Of a stretch of 64,000 nt of DNA, positions 39,841 through 52,855 are shown one piece after another. Source of the DNA: Felis catus (taxonomy: Eukaryota); NCBI RefSeq assembly GCF_018350175.1, contig NC_058368.1:223264001-223328000 (forward strand). Reading direction: 5' to 3'. The notes beneath the pieces were generated by a model, which saw only the letters and a program-made list of their open reading frames with translations, had not been told where the DNA came from and made no database searches. Numbering within the stretch: the stretch's first letter is position 1; each line of letters begins with the position of its first letter. A program made the translations under genes and the position numbers.

Positions 39841-41324
39841 CCAAATTTATATTCTGATGTACTGTTTGTTGAGACTTTAACATATGAAATTGAGGGTGGG
39901 GCAAAATTCCACCTCTAACAGTGCACTTTTAACAACCTATGATTCTATAACCCCAACTTTGAACTCACTCTAATTCAAAGATATCTAGTATTAAGATGAT
40001 GTGCACTCTATCATAATTAGAAATGATAGTGCATATTTACACATGTGCCCAGCATCGTATTTCTTTTTATTGGAAGATTCCAACATCAGAGATAGGATAC
40101 ACTGTCATTTTATGTGTATTGTATTTGGGGGCAGTATTTCTTAAACATTAATGAGTATCATTTTTGAAATAGAGATGTGGCCCCATCTGCAGAGTTACTA
40201 GGTCTGGAGAAGGGCCTGAGAATAGAACAGTTTAAATGGCAAAATACTAAGATGGGCACACTGACTCAAGTAATTTTTTTTATTTTCACCCAGAGAAATG
40301 TCATGAATTCATTTAGCAGATTTATTCAAACAAAGTGAAAGCTTGAGACAATCATTAGGAAAAGCCCTTTGCTGTGAACATTCTTTTGGTTTTAAGCAAA
40401 CACAATTCCTCTTGATACCCAAAAGAATAACTTCTCCTTTTCCACCATTATCCCCAAATTCTTCACTAAAAACCACCTTGAAAATATCTTAAGTTGTATT
40501 ATTAGTTTGAAAGATTTTTTTTTTCTTTTTTACACTCTGGCTTCTCAAATGTAGTCACTTCTTAATCTACATAATCGTGATAAGTTCCTACTTATTTTAG
40601 GGGCATTAAATCAACATGCAATTTTATCTGATGTAGATAAAAAGGATAGTAATTATTAATACATTTTACCAAAAAACATATTGTGTTTTGAGGCTCAAGC
40701 ACACCTGGGGGCCGCACACTACCTCAAGCACCAGATGTTCCAATTCCTTGGCATTTGTCTAGAATTATTTACACACGTGGATGTGTGAGCAGAAGTATAG
40801 GGAGGTACCAACCATTCTTATTTCAAAATGTGTCAAATTTTTAGATAATTAAAACAAATGGAAAATGAAATATATGCAGGTGAATGCCTCCTTTCTTTCC
40901 AGTGTGTTCTTCCTGGTTTCCAATCTTCGTCAAATGGGAGGTACTGTAATTTGTCGTGTGAAATTTATACACTGTGTGAATTGTACATAGATCGTTTCCT
41001 GTGTATGAAATTCCTATAGGAAAAAGATCCTCACAGGACAGGAAAAGAGTAGGCTGACTGCCTTTTATTTTTGTTTTCAATTTTAAATGAAATATCTTAA
41101 CAATCTGTAGGACAGCTCACTAAAGTAGAATTTATTAATCGAACAATATAAGTTTTGCGATTTTTGTAGCAATTGACAAATTGTCCTCAAGGGGACTGAC
41201 CTATTTTACATAGCCATAAGCTATATTTAAAACTGCATACCTTCTCCCACAGTCTTGCAAATGAGTTAGCAAACCTTTGGAGTTTTTACAGTCTATTGCG
41301 TGAGAATTAGATATCAATGCAGTG

Positions 41325-41345
41325 CTTTTTTTTATGTTCATTTAT

Positions 41346-41387
<42 letters not shown>

Positions 41388-41541
41388 GCAGGGGAGGGGC
41401 AGAGAGAGAGAGATGGGTAGAGGATCTGAAGCAGTCTCTGACCTGACAGCAGACAGCCTGATATGGGGCTCAAACTCACAAACTGAGATTATGACCTGAG
41501 CCGAAGTTGATGCTCAACTGATTGAGTCAACCAGGCTCTCC
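41325..41541 (-). mobile_element. Can-SINE within an old L1-like fragment
   Basis: (GA)n, atgacctgagccgaagt, antisense head. Confidence 0.88.
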
Positions 41542-41911
41542 AATGTCAAGTAGTTTTAATCTCTATGTTTCTTATGATGAGATTGATGATTGTCCTAATA
41601 CATTTAAAAGCCTTGTTATGTTCTCCGTGAATTGTTCATTATGTACTTTGCCCAATTTGGGGTGAGGGAATAAGATTGTTGAACAGTTTGCTTGCTTTGC
41701 TTACCATGATTATGCCACGTAGACATTTTCAGTTTTTATGAATTGGTTTTTAACAGTCTTGTCTTTTATGATTTCATGAGTGGAAAAAAAGTCTCCCATA
41801 TTGCAGCCTAGTACTTTTCTGTAGCTACTACTATAGTTATCCAGATTGGTTGCTTATGAAATGCAAGAATCATCATCTCTTTCCAGACACAGATGGATTT
41901 TAGGAAATCTG

Positions 41912-41912
<1 letters not shown>

Positions 41913-41956
<44 letters not shown>
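41913..41956. repeat. (GT)n microsatellite
   Basis: Direct inspection. Confidence 0.95.
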
Positions 41957-41958
<2 letters not shown>

Positions 41959-42266
41959 ACTAGGTGCAGTCTTGCCTTCTCTGATTTTTTCTAAATTATA
42001 CTGAGTCCAGGGAGGTTTTTCAGCCAACCTGACACCTTCCTTCCACCCAATAATCAACTGCAGATAAGGTTTTTCACCTGGGCATGTATATTCATTCTCA
42101 CATAGTTTATTTTTGCTGACATTTACTGTTAATGAATCCACATGCTTTTGACATCTCTTTCAATGTTCTTTGCCTCCATTCCTTTCCATATAGCATATGG
42201 AATTTACTTTAGCTCATCTCTATAGGTTTTGGAAGCTCTTACATATAGATTCTAGGGATTATTTGT

Positions 42267-42638
42267 TGTTAGAGACTAAATGTGTTTCCTCAAATTCATA
42301 TGATGAAGCCTTAATCCCCAGTGTGTCTGTATTTGGGGGTGGGCGTCTAAGGAACTAATTAAGGTTAAACGAGGCCATAAGTATAGGAGCCTGACCTTAT
42401 AGGTTTACTGTACTTATATGAAAAAAAGATACCAGAAAGCTGTTCTCTCTCCCTCTCTCCTTGTGTGCACGAAACCGGGAAAGGGGATGTGAGGCATATG
42501 GAGAAGGCAGCAGACTACAGACTAGGAAGAGAGCCTGTACCAGAAACTGAAGCAGCTAGATTCTTGGTCTTGGACTTCTGTTGGTTAAGCCACCTAGCCT
42601 ATGGTATTTGGTTATAATAGCCCCAGCAGATTCACACA
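42267..42638 (+). mobile_element. MaLR LTR (MLT1A-like)
   Basis: aaattcatatgatgaagccttaatccccagtgtg...taagccacctagcctatggtatttggttataatagcc. Confidence 0.8.
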
Positions 42639-43409
42639 TTAGCCTCTCATAGTTTTATGGGAAAAGACATTGGTAATTTTGTTTGTTGGTTTGTCGTCTT
42701 TCCTCAGTCGTGTTTTTGTACTTCCTGCTTTTCAGTGAAAGTCAGTACGGTATGAAAGTAATGTTTATGTGCACATTGAGTTTTATATCAGATAATTCTG
42801 TGGTGATTCTGTTTAAAAGTTGAGTTATTAATAGTCTTCAAGGCCAGTTGCCACTGATTATTGGACAAGAACACATATATTCGGGTTGGCCCAGATGCCT
42901 CTATGGGAACCATTATTAAAATTCTCACTTTTTAAATTAGCTATTGTATGAGGGATAGGGCATCAGTTTTCACAAATGTACAAGGCATGTCAGTAATTTT
43001 CAATGGGAAAAAAAGGACCTCTGTTTTCTGTAGCTACTACTATAGTTATCCAGATTGGTTGCTTATGAAATGCAAGAATCTTCATCTCTGACCTCTCTGA
43101 TACACCACCATAGCAGCATTATTGTGGTCTATCATGGCTTGCTCTGTCTGTGATAAATACAAAAGGTTGAATCCTAGGACGGATAATGGGACATAGAGAT
43201 ACAGACTACATGGGTTTCAGTATAGGTATTAGAGCAGACATGAAACCAAAGAACTTTAGGACCTCATGGCTGTTGTGTTTGGATGTATGTGTTTACGTGT
43301 GAATCCACACGGTCCATCCCTGTAGGCGGATGTCTTAAAACTGTTTGGTTGCCCTCCCCAAAGGAAATAATAGAATGCTCACTGTTTTACCGGTAATAAT
43401 GATATTATT

Positions 43410-43630
43410 ATTAGTAATTACATTTGAGAGATTTATGTAGGCCAGGCTCTTAGAGATATTTTCTCATATAATAATTTTTGCATTATACTGAAGAGTGTTG
43501 TTATGCTTGTTTCAAACTCAGTGTAGCAGAAGTTAGCTTGCTCAGATAACCCACTTTACCAGGCCGAGGGACAGAGCCAGACTCAAACTTAGATCAGCCT
43601 GATTCCAAAACCTTGATTTTCAAGTCTACC
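43410..43630. mobile_element. MIR fragment
   Basis: agaagttagcttgctcag...cagagccagactcaaacttagatcagcctgattccaaa. Confidence 0.5.
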
Positions 43631-46199
43631 ATCTGGCTAATCGGTATAGTCTCTCTAGGAAAGACAAGGTGTGTAACGAATAACTTGTTGTCTATTTTGA
43701 TCATTTACAAATTTAACATGATGTGGGTGAAATATTGTGAACATTTTTTTTTCCTATTTAACTACATCTTAAGTGGGCTTAATTATCTACATGTACAAAA
43801 CCAATATAATAAAGACCTATTACTTTAGGCTGCCTTTTTTTTTTTTTTCACAAATCAGGTTTCATAGAACATTCTGTCAGCCAATAAACCAAAGGTGTGG
43901 TTTTCTTTTTGACTTAAACTCGCAGATTTTAAATCAGTCTTTTTGAAACAAAAGAGGATTGCTGTCTACTAATTTGAGTTTCTGCTTTTCAAGCATATTA
44001 TGTCCATCTGGTCATTAATAGGATTTTTTGAATATTGAAATTGTGTACACTCTTGCAATTGTGTGATGTGTAGTAGTTAAAAATAACAAGTTGGGTCTAT
44101 AGTAAACATAAAATGCACTTATTATTATGGCAAGAAGCAATTCCAAAATACTAACACAATGTGACTTCGTTAGTGGAAAAATGTATTAATTAAGCATTCC
44201 CCATTTATCTTCTGTTTGTTGATATAGCTATTATTTTTTATAGTTTATCTTCAATACTATGCGTGCATATCTTCAGCACTGTGCATATATGGAAAGTAGA
44301 ACTCAGTGTTAGAGGAAGAAAATTATTATTATTTTTGCTTTTCACTTTATGTCCAATAATGTATTGTTTTTTTATTTATTTGTTTTCTTACCATGAGTAG
44401 GTAAGCCCTTATATAATAAAAGCAAATAATATAAAGTCATCGTAATAATAAATGTTCTCAGGATAAAAATCTAGACCTATGAATATACTTTTAATTATTT
44501 GGAAACTGGATATAAACACCTTTTGAATATTCCCAATAAAGATATATCAGCTAAAAACCTCTATAGGACCACAAAGTAGCTATTATATTAACAATGTGGC
44601 AAATTCCCTATGTAAACATAGCAACATGTTATCTAATAATACTCTGGAGGACATTACAAATTTTTGTTGTTTTGTTTCCACACGATTCAACAAAGTTATA
44701 CTTTAGTAGCCTATAAGAGTTAACTGGGATGTCCACAGGGACTTTATTACCACCGGGAGACCCTATTTTATATTCGGTCTTTTGAATGATTATATTATGC
44801 AAACATATTACCTACTTTATTCTCTAATTGCTAAAAGCTATAAAAGCACAAACAGGATAATGCAATAACTGGAAATGTATACAGCAAATTGCAAATAAAA
44901 ATTCAATGAGTTTTAGGATATTAAAAGTAAAACCCTTTACTTCCTAAGCTCCCTAAAACATTAGATATTTAATGTCTCATTTTATTAATATCTCAAAAAG
45001 TTCTAATATCTTAAAAATATTAGAATTAACTTTCTTTTTTTAGATCTGAGAGACTGATAGCAAAATAGATGGAGAGATGCTCTGTAATTCCCACGTCCTT
45101 TTTATTTATCATAAGTCAACATCACAAAAGAAAATTATCCTTTCATTTAAAAACCCTTAAGTATGTAGAAGTTGTTCCTAGAGTTTAACCTAGTTTGCCA
45201 GGAGAAGAGAATCAGACTCATTTATACTGTAAGTTCCTTATCTCATTGAAGCTATTAGAATACATCTGAATATGTATGACTCTAGTTTTTTCTAAGCTGA
45301 GTTGGAAAGATAGATAATGTTCATGTGTGGGAAAAATCACATTTATCCTAAACATTGTATATAATTGATTATCATAGTGCATCCATTTGCTTTTTAAATT
45401 TTATAATAGTTCACTAGATATAATAAATGAATTGCCTTCCCTATCTTTATCTTTAAATTGTGGGCATAGAAAAAAATGTAACATGTAATAAAAATAAATA
45501 TGAATTAAATTCTAAAGTGAGATATCCATATAACAAAATATTACTACCACATTTCAAGGGCTTATTATGAAGCAGAAAGAGTACTTTATCTTCTTTTGGC
45601 TCTTCTAATACTAACTAAAATTTATGGGTTATAGCTCCCACTATCATATCATCCAACATACGGAACTAAAAGTTCTCAGATGTTAAATATCTCACATCTC
45701 AAGGACCAATAACGAGGAGAGAGAGGCGTAATGACTCAAGCTCATGTCTATTTAAAGCTACTGTTGGAGAAAGACACTGAACTCAAATAGAACTGTCTTC
45801 ATATCTCAACTTTTAGGCAAGCTATTTCAATGCTTTGAGTCTTAGTATCTTCAAGTAGAAAAAGATCATAAATTAATTAAATAAGATAATGGCTTTAAAG
45901 ACACAGTCCATTGTATATCATGTAGCATGTATGTTTAAAATGTTCATTTCTTAAAAAAAACCAAAACAGTTCATTTCTGTACTCTAAATATTTACAAACA
46001 AATTCAGTGTAAGAAGTAGGTTAATGGTATCTGGGCCTTTTATCAATAAATACAGTGATGTAAGTGCTTGTGCAATTGTCTCCCCTCTAAAATATTTGTG
46101 CAGTAGGCTTCCATGATACCTCACCTGCCACCTATGTGTACCACTGCCACCAAATCACACCTTTCCTCTATTTCTTTTACAGGCTCCTAATCCTTTACT

Positions 46200-46531
46200 T
46201 TTAGTTCTAAATACTGAATGCCCAATACTGAGCCCTATGCCCTACACTCTTTCCAACTTCAGTTGCTTCCAACACAATCTTATTAGCCAATGGCTTTAAG
46301 TGACTTCAGTATTTTGCTGTCATGCTAATGCCATTTTTTTCCTGACTTCTCCACTGAGCTCTAGTTTAGGTGACTGCTCACTCAACATTTCCTTTCAGAT
46401 GCCTTAGAGGTAGCACACATTTACTAACCAAAAGTAGAACTCTACATTCTTGCCCTGTTAATCTTTACCTCTTATGATTCTTTTTGAATGTTCTGCCTTG
46501 CAATCCAAACATCATGAAGTATAACACAGTC

Positions 46532-46570
<39 letters not shown>

Positions 46571-46815
46571 CTATATATATATGTATACACATACACACAC
46601 ACTAACTCTTTCTCCTTCCTATGGTAGGGCCTTATATTTAGCTACCATTATCTCTCACTTGCACTTCTAAAATACTGTTGAAACCTGTTCTTCATTTAGT
46701 TCAATTGGTCCCTCATGTTCCATTCTTTCCATGGATATTAGAGTGTTCTTTTAATTCAGTTTATGTTATACACTCCTCAAAACTCTCCAGTGTCTACTCA
46801 TTTCATATAAAGTTA
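46200..46815. mobile_element. L2 fragment with (GT)n
   Basis: cctgacttctccactgagctctag, ctcaacatttcctttcagatg, cactcctcaaaactctccagtg. Confidence 0.55.
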
Positions 46816-46821
46816 AATGTC

Positions 46822-49074
46822 CTGAGTGATGTCAGTAAGATGGCAGGATAGAAAGTTCCAGACCCTACTTCCTCACATGAAGACACTCATTCAACAAGCA
46901 TACATAGGCAAATTCCTATTATGAGAAATCTAGAACCCAGTTATGATGCTTCTGGACCTCAGGCAAGTGTGAAAGCAAGTACATCAAAAGTAGTAGGAAT
47001 ACTTGTGGTACCTTCTGACCATAATCCCTACCCCTGGAACAGTACCATGCAATTGGGAGGAAACTCTAAGCTTCCAGCATCTCCCTGAGAAAGAAAAGAC
47101 TGGGCAATATGTCCAACATTCTCGTAATTTTTAGGGCAATTCCCAGGTGCTGGGACTGTGACTCTTCTGTCTCAGAATGCTGTCAGGGCCCAGCAATAAT
47201 GCCCACTCTTACCACTTCTATTTAACATACCAATAGAAGTCCTACTCAGAGCAACTAGGCAAGAAAAAGATATAAAAGTCACCCAAATTATAAAGGAAAA
47301 ATAAAATTATATCTAATCACAGCTTACGTGATCTTATATATAGAAAAACCTACAGATCCCCCCATACACAAGCACTTAGAACTACTGAACAAATTCAGCA
47401 AAGCTGCAAGATATAAACCAACATAAAAAATTAGTTGCATTCTTGTGCACTGTCAACAATCCAGAAAGGAAATTAAGAAAACAATCAAATCCATTTACAA
47501 TAGCATCAAAAATAATACTGCAGGAATAAACTTAATCAAGGAGATAAAACTTGTACACTGAAAACTACAAAATACTGGTGGAAGAAATTGAAACCACAAA
47601 TTAGAGATACATTCCATGCTCATTCATTGGAGACTGAATATTGCTAAAATGCCCATACCACCCAAAGTCATCTGCAGACTTATTGCAAGCAACCCTCAGC
47701 AAAGTCGCAATGACATTTTACATGAAGAGAAAAAATCCTAAAATCAATATGGAACCAAAAAGAAAGAAAGAAAAAAAAACACCTTAAAAATCAAACAATC
47801 TTGAGAAAGAACAAAGCTAAAGGCATCATATTTCCTGATTTCAAAACATATTACAAAACAACACTAATCAAAATAGCACATTACTTGGATAAAAACAGAC
47901 ACACAAATTAATGGAAAAGAATCAAGAGCCCATAAATAAACTCAACAAATAATCACGAGTGCCAAGAATACACAATGGTGAAAAGATATTTCTTCAGTGC
48001 ATTTACCTGGGAAAATTGATATCCACATGCAAATGAATAATGTTAGAACTTTGTCTTACACCTTACACAAAAGTTAGCTCAAAATGTATTAAATACTTAA
48101 ATGTAAGACCCCAAACTGCAAAATTCCAAAAAGAAAACAGAGGTAATAAGCTCCTTGACATTGATCTTGATAATAATTTATTGGATTTGACACCAAAAGT
48201 AAAGACAATACAAGCAAAAATACTAGGGTTACATCAAACTAAAATATTTCAGCACAGCAAAGGAAACCTTCAACAAAATGAAAAGACACAAAAAGAATGG
48301 TAAAAAATATTTGCAAATCATATATCTAGTAAGGAATTAATATCCAAAATGTATAAGCAACTCAATTAAGTCTAGCAAAGCAAAGAAACAGATTGAACAT
48401 TGGCAGAGGATCTGAATAGTTAATAGATATATTTCTAAAAAAGGCATACAGATGGCCAACAAGTACATGAAAATGTGCTCAACAGCACTAATCGGGGAAA
48501 TGCAAATCAAAACCACAATGAGATATTACCTCTTACCTGTTAAAATGGCTATTATTCTTTTAAATTACTGTTTATTTTTGAAAGAGAGACAGAGTATAAG
48601 CAGGGGAGGGGCAGAAAGAGACAAAGACACAGAATTGGAAGCAGCTCCAGGCTCTGAGCTGTCAGCACACAGCCTGATACAGGGCTTGAACTCATGGACT
48701 GCAAGCTCATGACCTGAGCTGAAGTTGGACACTTAACTGACTGAGCCACCCAGGTGCTCCAGAATGGCTGTTATTAAAAAGACAAGAAATAACAAGTGTT
48801 GGCAAGGACATGGAAAAAGAAATCTCTTATGTACAATTGGTGGGAATGTAAGAGGGTAGAGCCACTATGGAGAAGAGTATGAAAGTTCCAAAAATTAAAA
48901 TAGAACTACCATGTGATTCAGCAATCTGACATCTTGGAATATTTTCAAAAGAAATGGAAACAGGACCTTGAAGGGATATCTGCACTTGATGTTCATTACA
49001 GCATTATGTACAGCAGCCAAGAGGTGCAACAAACTTAAAAGTCCATTGATAGATGTATGGATAAAGATGATGTA

Positions 49075-49123
<49 letters not shown>

Positions 49124-49210
49124 GGAGTATCATTCATCCATAAGAAAGAAAGAAAATTTTTTATATGCTACAACATGGATGAATCTTAAAGACATTATGC
49201 TAAGTGACCT
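46822..49210 (+). mobile_element. Old L1 (sense): 5' UTR-like segment joined to ORF2 RT and C-terminal region
   Basis: gagtgatgtcagtaagatggc 5' end. From about 47195 the RT motif region is recognisable (PLxPLLFNI...RQEK). Peptides include LTPYTKVSSKCIKYLNVR and [25 protein letters not shown]. Confidence 0.85.
48556..48760 (-). mobile_element. Can-SINE inside L1
   Basis: TSD aatggctattatt/aatggctgttatt. Confidence 0.92.
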
Positions 49211-50255
49211 AATCCTGTTTGAGAAAACACAATACGTGGTAAAAGTTTACAGGGCAAAATAAAACTCTGTTTACAGGGCTCTGTGGGTGCAGAGAAGTGC
49301 CTAACCCATGTAGAGTGGTGGCGATTGCAAGGAAGGAATGTCACTGGTGTTTGAGAGAAGAGTATACAATTTTCAAGGGCCAAAGCCATGAAAGACATTT
49401 CAGGAGACACAGAGCATGCAGGGCTGTGTGACAGGCACTGTGTATTCAACTAGTATTATCGTGCATAAAGTGCATAGAGTTTTATGAGTATATGGCTTAT
49501 GATAAAATGTCTTCTTGGTCATGTTAGGAATAGTTTATGAACATTTGACAGATTTACTATAACTAGAAAAACTGTACCCACAACATGGTTTATGTGATGC
49601 AATTGGATAAAAGAAAAACAGAAACAAAACAAAACAAAACAAAAAACACTGAGAACCATTCCAGGTTGTAGATCATGAAGCAGTGTCGACACCATGCACG
49701 TATCTGTTTGTCTTCATCCTGCAGACAGCGTGTAATGGAATATCCTTAGCATTAATGTGTGGCCACGTAGATCTAACAAGCTTACAATGTGATGTGAGAG
49801 AGTCGGCTGTATTGGTAAGAGCATGCTTGTAACGGTAAAGGGTGAATGTGACCCTGAATAGAAATACAAAGTTCTGTCAACTTCAGACAATTTGAACATA
49901 GTATTTTAAATATATTTATAAAAATGCTACATGTCTTTTTCTGCTTAGGACATTTTATCAAAATTTCTCATTAAAATTCACAAGTATATTGCTTAACGAT
50001 AAACAATGCTATGGCTCCTTATAGATTAATATTTTCTAAGGAAATCTCTAACACAGTTTTAAATTCAAGGATGGTTTGACTCAATAGTTTACATAAAACT
50101 TTGGTACCTATATGGCATAAAAAAAATTAACACTTAGTTTTGATCCAAGTAAGAATGATGTTCCATGTTACATTTTAATTAAGCCAACAAACTTCCATGT
50201 AAATTAAGGAAACTGAAATACCCCAAAAGAGGGAGAATCATATGCCTGCTTTTTA

Positions 50256-50474
50256 AAAAAAAATTTTTTTTCAACGTTTATTTATTTTTGGGACAGAGAG
50301 AGACAGAGCATGAACGGGGGAGGGGCAGAGAGAGAGGGAGACACAGAATCGGAAACAGGCTCCAGGCTCTGAGCCATCAGCCCAGAGCCTGACGCGGGGC
50401 TCGAACTCACGGACCGCGAGATCGTGACCTGGCTGAAGTCGGACGCTTAACCGACTGTGCCACCCAGGCGCCCC
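50256..50474 (-). mobile_element. Young SINEC_Fc
   Basis: Perfect 16-bp TSD atatgcctgcttttta; CpG-rich and near consensus. Confidence 0.97.
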
Positions 50475-50528
50475 ATATGCCTGCTTTTTATACGGAAGGT
50501 AAGACATTTTACTTGAGAAATGATTACT

Positions 50529-50573
<45 letters not shown>

Positions 50574-50577
<4 letters not shown>

Positions 50578-50790
50578 GCCTGGGTGGCTCAGTCAGGCCA
50601 TCTGACTCTTGATTTCGGCCCAGGTCATGATCTCATGGTTCATGAGTTTGAGCCCCATGTTGGGCTTCTTGCTGACAGTAGGAGCCTGCTTGGGATTCTC
50701 TTTCCCTCCTACTCTGCCCCTCCCTCAAACTTTCTATTTAACTCTCTCTCTCTCTCTCAAAACAAAAACAAAAACAAAAAACAAAACACA
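50574..50790 (+). mobile_element. Older Can-SINE preceded by a 44-nt A run
   Basis: gcgcctgggtggctcagtc head; A run at 50530-50573. Confidence 0.9.
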
Positions 50791-50799
50791 CACACACAC

Positions 50800-51267
50800 A
50801 TAAACAAGAGGAAAACATAAATTCATTTAATATAACTTTTATGTGACATAGGAGCCTATATAAGGAAATAAAAAATGAAAGAAAAAAACAAAAAACAAAA
50901 ACCTGTTAGAACCAGACCCTTATTTGATGGGCTGGACCAAGAGTAGTAAATTGTGAAAATGTAACAAGGCAAAGGGCCTTGGGCTATTTAGTTAATTGGG
51001 TAGAGGGATGTGTCTAGAAAGATAAGAGTTAGTTTAGCAAGGCTTGTTTTTACAGATGTGTCTTGACCTCAACTTCTCATCCTTGGTGCTGAGAAATGTT
51101 TGCTTCCTTCTGCTATAGGGAGGGCTTCTTTCACATGGGGATATTATCTCCTGCTTTGGGGAAGCTCAGAGTGCCCTTTTGCATTTGGTGCTTTTCAAGT
51201 GACTTTAACTTGAAATAATCTATGCTAGAGTGGCATATTTTGAGGTGGCTTATTCTGAACTCCCTCA
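50800..51267 (-). mobile_element. ERV1 LTR (MER34-like)
   Basis: ttcaagtgactttaacttgaaataatctatgctagagtggcatattttgaggtggcttattctg. Confidence 0.65.
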
Positions 51268-51979
51268 TGACAATAGAACAGGGGACCATTAGAACTGAGT
51301 GGATAGGCTCTGAAGACTGACTTGGGGGACTGGTGATTCGCAGATCATTAAAACAGAGGAATGGGCTTTTCACTGAGAAGAAACAGCTTTCACAAAGGCA
51401 CAAAGACTAGTAAGAACACAGCATTGTCAGAAGACAGCATGATCGAATGCGAGTAGGTGTTTTCTGGGCAGACACTGAGGGTGAGGGGGTAAGTGGGAAG
51501 GTACCAAATATTGAAAAATCATGAATTTCACCTGAAAGTGTTTTGATTCTATCCTAGAGGTGATGCAAAGGGATGAGGCAGTTTCGAGCAGAGAGTTGAG
51601 ATTATATGCGGATAGAGGACAGACTTCAAAGGCAGAGGTGTTGAAGGAGACCTTGGACAAGGATCAGTCCTTCCATTTGCATTGCCTAGGGCTGTGTGCA
51701 AGAATGACGCAGATACAGCATGAGATACAGTTTCTTGCTTTAGAGGAAAAAGAGAAAAGCAAGATTTTAATATTTGTGATAAAAGATGCAGAAAAAACTG
51801 TCACCAAAAATAAGTCCTCTGGAAGTTAGAATAGAGTGTCATCCATCATCTTGCCATTGCCCCCTCCCCTGATTTTCCTTTCCTGTTTTCTCTTTCCTCT
51901 GTACTTTATATCCTATATCCCAGCCCCTGTCCTGAAATCCAAAGGCTGGAGAATATACTACTGCAGTTCAATGATCGTT

Positions 51980-52390
51980 ATATTAGGGCTAAATTCAGCT
52001 CTGAGTAACAAACACAAAAGAGGTGTCGCATTAAAAAAAAAAGTCTGACATTGTCTCTATTAACTGAGCTCAGAGGAAGGCAGCTTGGGGCTTATATGGA
52101 GGCTCCACTCTACAATGTTCTCTGGGATAAAGTTGCATGGCTTCTCTTATCTCCAGGCTATGGCACTCATTCTCTTGGTCCAAAAGGGAGGTGTAACCAT
52201 CACATTCAGGATTCAAGTGGCAGGCTGAAGGGGAAAGAATAGATAAAACCCATGTCAAGAATCTAAGGAAATGTCCCAGGAAGTTGAAAGATAAAACTAT
52301 GCTTATATGCCATTGGCTAGAACTTAGTGCTGAGGTGATGTCAAGCCACATGAGAGGGTAGGAGATAATAGTGTTTATTCTGGGTAAGTG
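51980..52390. mobile_element. Old MaLR LTR (MLT1J-L-like)
   Basis: aattcagctctgagtaaca...gccattggctagaacttagt...gtgtttattctggg. Confidence 0.55.
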
Positions 52391-52632
52391 GAGAGCAGGG
52401 ACTTAATGCTTAGCAAGATGTATAGGGTGCTCGGGGATAGAAACCAGATAGTGATTTAGACATCTAGGAGTCTGCACCAGTGGTGCTTTTTCATATTTTA
52501 AACCAAACTGAATAACCATTTTAGAAAGTTATTTCATTAATCCCTAACATCTTAGCTGTGTGTATGTGTATACATAGTGTTGTGTGTGTGTGCTTAACAA
52601 GAATATAAACTAAACATAAAAATTGTGTGATA

Positions 52633-52855
52633 GGGAGGCACCTGGGTGGTTCCGTCGGTTAAGCGTCTGACTTCGGCTCAGGTCACGATCTCACAGTTCG
52701 TGAGTTCAAGTCCCACATGGGGCTCTGTGCTGACAGCTCGGAGCCTGGAGCCTGCTTTCGATTCTGTCTCCCTCTCTCTCTGGCCCTTCCCCTCTTCGAG
52801 CTCTGTCTCTTTCTCTCTGTCTCAAAAATAAATAAACATTAAAAAAGATTAAAAA
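52633..52855 (+). mobile_element. Can-SINE
   Basis: TSD-like aaaaattgtgtgatagg/aaaaattcggtgatagg. Confidence 0.93.

Larger units (their letters stand above)
38883..39920 (-). mobile_element. MaLR LTR (MLT1A-C-like) split by three SINEs
   Basis: tgtgttagttttctagggctgctgtaacaacatacca...tttaacatatgaaattgagggtggggcaaaattccacctctaaca. Confidence 0.8.
41815..43089 (+). repeat. Dispersed 66-bp direct repeat (41815-41880 and 43024-43089)
   Basis: 65/66 identical by eye. Confidence 0.95.

Noticed and set aside
47195..49210. Functional reverse transcriptase gene
   Set aside because: Many stops and frameshifts, a degenerate catalytic FADD region, and an inserted SINE; a dead L1.
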